Shown here: in pieces, positions 28,669-32,867 of the stretch
Numbering within the stretch: the stretch's first letter is position 1
Layout of the letters: each line of letters opens with the position of its first letter
Source: Verrucomicrobiota bacterium
GTDB taxonomy: Bacteria > Verrucomicrobiota > Verrucomicrobiia > Limisphaerales > Palsa-1400
Reading direction: 5' to 3'
Length of the DNA stretch: 32,867 nt
Assembly: GCA_049510745.1 (NCBI GenBank)
Contig: JBEKYR010000051.1
Coordinates: 1-32,867, forward strand
Notes under the pieces: generated by a model
The model's database searches: none
Told to the model about the DNA's origin: nothing
The model's input: the letters and a program-made list of their open reading frames with translations, nothing else
Position numbers and translations under genes: made by a program

Positions 28669-28861
28669 GCCAACCATGCAGTTGAAAAATGGGAGCGCGA
28701 GCGTCTCGATCGCTCTGGCCGGCGTCCCGCCAGCCAGTCCCGCACCTGTGGGCGAGCCATCATTTGGCGGGTTTTTGCACGCCGCAGGAGTTTTCGGCCA
28801 GAGGCCGAAAACAGCGAGCGGGACGTTCGCGCTCCCAAAAACTAACTGCGTCGTTCCGGCT
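28667..28861. repeat. Second MITE/REP-doublet element with terminal inverted repeats
   Basis: TGGGAGCGCGAGCGTCTCGATCGCT (28690-28714) pairs with AGCGAGCGGGACGTTCGCGCTCCCA (28813-28837) at 22/25; outer AGCC..AAC.A.GCAGTT is mirrored by AACTGCGTCGTTCCGGCT. Confidence 0.75.
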
Positions 28862-30579
28862 CAGGCCACTTCCCGGGCGGCTGTGCCTGACCCCTCGATG
28901 TGGACTTGCTTGTATCCGCCGCGCGACTTGAAGTAGAGTAGGAGGCACAGCAGGATGAGGGCCTGCATCGCCGGGATCGCCGCCGTTATCCGCAACGCCA
29001 TTTTGCCGCCATGCAACGCGGCGTCGGTGACGATCGGTTGGTCGGTGGCGGCGGTGGCTTTTGCGCCGGCCCACCAGGCGGAGAGCTTGGCGATGTTCGG
29101 GTCTTGCTGATTGGCGCGCGCCAGGTCCGCGCCGTTGTCGTTCAGCACGCCAACTTTGGCCCCGTCCAAGCCGGTGGTTTGAAAGAAGAGGAAGCTGTTG
29201 GGGGCATCGGCCTTATAGCGCTGATAGACCTCAGGATGTTCAGCCAGGAGTTTCTGGGTGGCGTGCGTGTCCTGGTTGTAGCCGATGCCGGGGCCGCCCA
29301 GCAGTCCCGCGCACAACATCCCCACCCCGCCCATCGCGCCGATGTTGATGGCCCCGCCCTTGGGAAAGCGTTCCGAGGCCACCGCCAGCAGCGTGGGCCA
29401 CATGAACGTTTTGCCCACGGCATAGACGGTCGCCGCCAGGACGCAGAAGACGGCGGAGTCGGCGTGGCCGAGCAGCGTCAAGCCGATGGAGGCCAGGATG
29501 GTGCTGACAAAAAGCAGTCCCAGCGGAGAGATTTTGTGAACAATCGGCCCGGCGAAGAAGCGCAGGGCGAACATCAGGCCCGAGATGTAAATAAAGACGA
29601 GCGAGCCGTTCTTGGCGGAGCCGACGATGGCGCCGGTAATCTTGGTCGTCCACGAATCGGTGCCGAGTTCGACGTAGCCTTGCATGCCGTGAATGAGCAG
29701 CAGCAGCACCATCAGGAAATAGCCCGGCGAAAACTTCGTCACCGCGCCGAAGACCAGGAGCACGACGGCTCCCACCACCCAGCCGAGGACCGCCGGCAGC
29801 CCGATTGCGCCGAAGAGGTCGTGCAACCAGAGCGACACCAAAAAGCAAACAATCAAGGCGCCGAACATGCCCAGTTCCTTGAGCATGTCCGTATATTTGA
29901 CGCCGTGCTCGCCGGCCTCGGATTTGGGGAACTTCTGCCCGAAGAGCATGAAGCCGTAAAGGGCGACCGGAATGAGGAAAAGCGACATCTGGATCTGCCA
30001 CGCGACCGGGGGCGATCCCGGGCCGCCGGACATGAGATACACGGCCAAGGCTCCGAGAATCATCCCGCCCGGCCAGCCGGCGTGGAGGATGTTGAGGTAA
30101 TGCGATTTGTTCTTTTGAAAGAGGGAAGCGACCAGCGGATTGGCCACGCCCTCGCACAGCCCGTTGCCCATCGCAAAGAGAAACATGCCGGCCGACAAAC
30201 AGAGCAGCGCGGCCGGCTTGCCGCCCGCCGCGAAGGCCGCGCCCGCCGCCAGCGTGACGACCGCCGACAACACGTGCAGCGCGAAGGCGCTCAACATGAG
30301 CGTCCCGTAGCCGATCTTGTCGGCCACCAGGCTGGAGATGACGATGATGACGCCGAAGCCGGTCAGGCCGCCGCCGGTGATTTCGCCCAATTCGGTCATG
30401 GTGAAGCCGTATTGCTGGGCCCATTGGCCGAGGATGCCGCCGCGCACGCCAAAGCCGACCCCTTCGGCCAGAATGGCCATGAAGCCGGCCCACAAAAGGC
30501 GCCGGGCGTGAATGCCGGGGTCGCCGGCGGGCGGGTCTGAATTGGTTGGGACGCCGGACACTGGAATGGTTTCACTCAT
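28861..30579 (-). CDS. MFS transporter (probable sugar permease)
   Basis: About 12-14 hydrophobic helices; ADKIGYG loop, GNGLCEGVANPLVASLF, LNILHAGWPGG, ELGTDSW, WPTLLAVASERFPKGG. Confidence 0.9.
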   Translation of the reverse strand: MSETIPVSGVPTNSDPPAGDPGIHARRLLWAGFMAILAEGVGFGVRGGILGQWAQQYGFTMTELGEITGGGLTGFGVIIVISSLVADKIGYGTLMLSAFALHVLSAVVTLAAGAAFAAGGKPAALLCLSAGMFLFAMGNGLCEGVANPLVASLFQKNKSHYLNILHAGWPGGMILGALAVYLMSGGPGSPPVAWQIQMSLFLIPVALYGFMLFGQKFPKSEAGEHGVKYTDMLKELGMFGALIVCFLVSLWLHDLFGAIGLPAVLGWVVGAVVLLVFGAVTKFSPGYFLMVLLLLIHGMQGYVELGTDSWTTKITGAIVGSAKNGSLVFIYISGLMFALRFFAGPIVHKISPLGLLFVSTILASIGLTLLGHADSAVFCVLAATVYAVGKTFMWPTLLAVASERFPKGGAINIGAMGGVGMLCAGLLGGPGIGYNQDTHATQKLLAEHPEVYQRYKADAPNSFLFFQTTGLDGAKVGVLNDNGADLARANQQDPNIAKLSAWWAGAKATAATDQPIVTDAALHGGKMALRITAAIPAMQALILLCLLLYFKSRGGYKQVHIEGSGTAAREVA

Positions 30580-30747
30580 GGGTTAATCTCCGGAGGCGGA
30601 TCGGCCTCGTGTTTGTGTTTGACTCTCTGGCAATGGCCCAGATCAAACCTTCCCCGCCGGAAAAAGTCAACCGGGAAACAAACTGTTTTCGTGGTGTCCC
30701 GATTCCACTTGAAGGGGAATAAACAATAACCCTAGCGTAAACGGGCC

Positions 30748-31728
30748 ATGAATTCATCAACCCGCATCGCCAGACGTTCCAGCCTGGGCGGCCTGCTCCG
30801 GCCGTTGTCGGCCCTCCTGCTGTGCCTGGCCGCCGCCGCTTTTTTGGCGGCGGGATGCGGGAGGCGGGAGACGGCGGCGGTGGTCATTTATACGTCGCAG
30901 GACGAGGAGTTTGCCGAGCCGATCCTGCGGGAGTTCAAAAGGGAAACAGGCATCGAGGCGCGCCCGGTCTATGACAGCGAGGCGGTCAAGACGGTCGGAC
31001 TGGTCAACCGATTGTTGACGGAGCGGAACAATCCGCAGTGCGATGTCTTCTGGAACAATGAGGAGTTTCGCACGCGGCAATTGGCGGCGCGCGGCGTTTT
31101 TCGCCAGAGCAACGGCTGGACCCGCCTGGGCTACCGCACCCGGCGCATCGTCATCAACACTAATTTCCTGACCGCGGCCGCCGCGCCGCGCGCGTTCCGC
31201 GATGCGACCAACGCGGCGTGGCGCGGCAAGCTGGCGCTGGCCTATCCGCTTTTTGGAACAACGGCGACGCATTTCCACGCCTTGCGGCAGCACTGGGGGG
31301 ACGGAGCCTGGCAGAATTGGTGCCGCGCCCTGGCCGCCAACAAACCGTTCCTGGTGGACGGCAATTCGGTCGTGGTCAAAATGGTGTCGCGCGGCGAGGC
31401 GTGGTTTGGGTTCACCGATTCGGACGACATCGCGGGGGCGCAACGGGAAGGATTCCCGGTCGCGCCGCTGCCGGTCACGGACGAGACGCTCTTTATTCCG
31501 AACACGGTGGGAGTGATCCGGAATTGTCCGCATCCCGCGGCGGCGGAGCGGCTCTACGAATATCTTTCCAATGCAAAAGTCTCCGAAAAGCTCGTCGAGG
31601 CGCGCGCGCTGGAAGGAGCCGCGCTCGACCCGGCCACAGCGGCGCGGGGGTTGACGGTGGATTGGGAGCAATTGCTGCGCGACCTGGATGCCGTGACCGG
31701 CGAGACGAAGGAGATTTTTCTGCGCTGA
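30748..31728 (+). CDS. ABC transporter substrate-binding lipoprotein, Fe3+ (AfuA/FbpA)-like
   Basis: Lipobox LAAGC; VVIYTSQDEEFAEPIL..F..ETGI, CDVFWNNE, FGFTDSDD, HPAAAERL.EYL. Confidence 0.85.
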   Translation: MNSSTRIARRSSLGGLLRPLSALLLCLAAAAFLAAGCGRRETAAVVIYTSQDEEFAEPILREFKRETGIEARPVYDSEAVKTVGLVNRLLTERNNPQCDVFWNNEEFRTRQLAARGVFRQSNGWTRLGYRTRRIVINTNFLTAAAAPRAFRDATNAAWRGKLALAYPLFGTTATHFHALRQHWGDGAWQNWCRALAANKPFLVDGNSVVVKMVSRGEAWFGFTDSDDIAGAQREGFPVAPLPVTDETLFIPNTVGVIRNCPHPAAAERLYEYLSNAKVSEKLVEARALEGAALDPATAARGLTVDWEQLLRDLDAVTGETKEIFLR

Positions 31729-31865
31729 CGGCGATTTCACCCTTCCGCACGCGCCTGTCCGAGGAATTGACCGGCACTCTTAATCACACCCTTCCAGATT
31801 CAATCCAACGAGAATTGAAAATTGACCGACAGTTCTAATCGCACCCTGGGGACGCCCCCGGCGCG

Positions 31866-32867
31866 TCACTCGGGTCTTTTGAGGATTTTCTCGAAGGTTT
31901 CCGTCGGCTCGATCTCGATGCGGCCGGAGCCGGGGCGAGCGGATGGCGCGGGGGCCTCGGGGCCGGGGCGGGTCGTGTGGGCGGTGTGGGCGGCCTGGGC
32001 GGGACGAGGAGCGGACGGCTCCGGCACGAGCATGGTTCTGCCGGACGCGACAGGCTCCTCGTCGGCGGCTTCGACCTCGCGCGGGGGAAGGCTGAAATTA
32101 TTGCGCTTGTCCAGCCAGGAGCGATAGCGTTGAAAGGTCCACATGCCGTGTTCGAGGCCGGTTTCGAGCGAGGAAACGATTTTGAAGAAGTCGCGGTTGC
32201 GGATGTAATTTTTGATGGGCAGGGTAGCCATGAGCACTTCGCATTCGGGCACGCAGATGTTCCAGTTGAGGCGGAATTGGAGGCGCTGTGAAATGACGCC
32301 GATGAGGCAATCGGCCAACTGGGCGGCGACGTTGTTCTGGATTTCGGCGGGAAAGGCGCTGACGACCCGTTGGAGGGCCTCGGCGCAATTGGAGGAATGC
32401 ACGGTGGCCAGAACCAGGTGGCCTGTTTCGGCCGCGCTCAACGTCAGGCGCATGGTTTCCGGTTCCCGCATTTCGCCCACCATAAGCACATCGGGGTCTT
32501 CCCGCAAACTGTCCAGCAGCGCCTGCTCGAAACTGGGGGTGTCGCGCCCCACTTCGCGCTGGCGGATGAAGGCGCGGCGGGGACGAAAGGTGAATTCGAT
32601 GGGGCTTTCGATGGTGACGATGTGGCGCGCTTCGGAGAGGTTGATGGTTTGGATGAGCGCGGCCAGGGTGGTGGATTTGCCGCTGCCGGTCGGACCGCTG
32701 ATGAGCACCAAGCCGTGCGGATGATTGACCAGGCCCTTCAGATCGGGATGCAGATTGAGCGCTTCGAGCGTGGGCTGAAAAGCCGGGAGCAGCCGAATGG
32801 CAAAACCGACGCCGCGCGAGGTATGAAAGATATTGAAGCGGCAGCGAAGCCCTTCGTTGGTTTTGGA
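31866..32867 (-). CDS. pilT: PilT/PilU family type IV pilus retraction ATPase; 5' end lies beyond the right window edge
   Basis: Frame is open to the edge (RCRFNIFHTSRGVGFAIRLL); GPTGSGKSTT, TIESPIEF, QREVGRDT, LREDPDVLMVGEMR, AETGHLVLATVH. Lacks the canonical AIRNLIRE motif (has PIKNYIRN), so may be a paralogue. Confidence 0.9.
   Translation of the reverse strand, partial: SKTNEGLRCRFNIFHTSRGVGFAIRLLPAFQPTLEALNLHPDLKGLVNHPHGLVLISGPTGSGKSTTLAALIQTINLSEARHIVTIESPIEFTFRPRRAFIRQREVGRDTPSFEQALLDSLREDPDVLMVGEMREPETMRLTLSAAETGHLVLATVHSSNCAEALQRVVSAFPAEIQNNVAAQLADCLIGVISQRLQFRLNWNICVPECEVLMATLPIKNYIRNRDFFKIVSSLETGLEHGMWTFQRYRSWLDKRNNFSLPPREVEAADEEPVASGRTMLVPEPSAPRPAQAAHTAHTTRPGPEAPAPSARPGSGRIEIEPTETFEKILKRPE

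Overview
High-GC bacterial chromosomal window. Gene content (S46 peptidase, DUF6600 protein, short HPF, GGAG/GTAG-type palindromic repeats) suggests Verrucomicrobiota or a related PVC lineage; this is inference. From left to right: (1) a minus-strand beta-mannan catabolic operon (sodium:solute symporter, GH5 mannanase-like enzyme, cellobiose/mannobiose 2-epimerase, GH130 mannosylglucose phosphorylase running off the left edge). (2) An accessory block at ~6.1-12.9 kb: a stand-alone RadC N-terminal-like ORF translationally coupled to a Zn-ribbon adenine methyltransferase with a C-terminal PD-(D/E)xK-like nuclease, a Sel1-repeat/trypsin protease, and a cryptic cytoplasmic trypsin-like protease. 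(3) Core-like genes: S46 peptidase, DUF6600 protein, parA, hpf, amidohydrolase, YyaL-like protein, recF, cdsA. (4) A second accessory zone at ~25.7-28.9 kb: a nested dual-frame ORF pair with a degenerate Fic/Doc-like motif, gene fragments, an orphan RHH antitoxin, simple repeats and nested REP/MITE-like palindromes. (5) An MFS transporter, an Fe3+-type ABC binding lipoprotein and a partial PilT-family ATPase. The best candidates for undescribed biology are the RadC-N + MTase-nuclease module and the nested Fic-like ORF pair. No rRNA, tRNA or CRISPR array was seen. All family calls come from motif recognition by eye; no searches were run.
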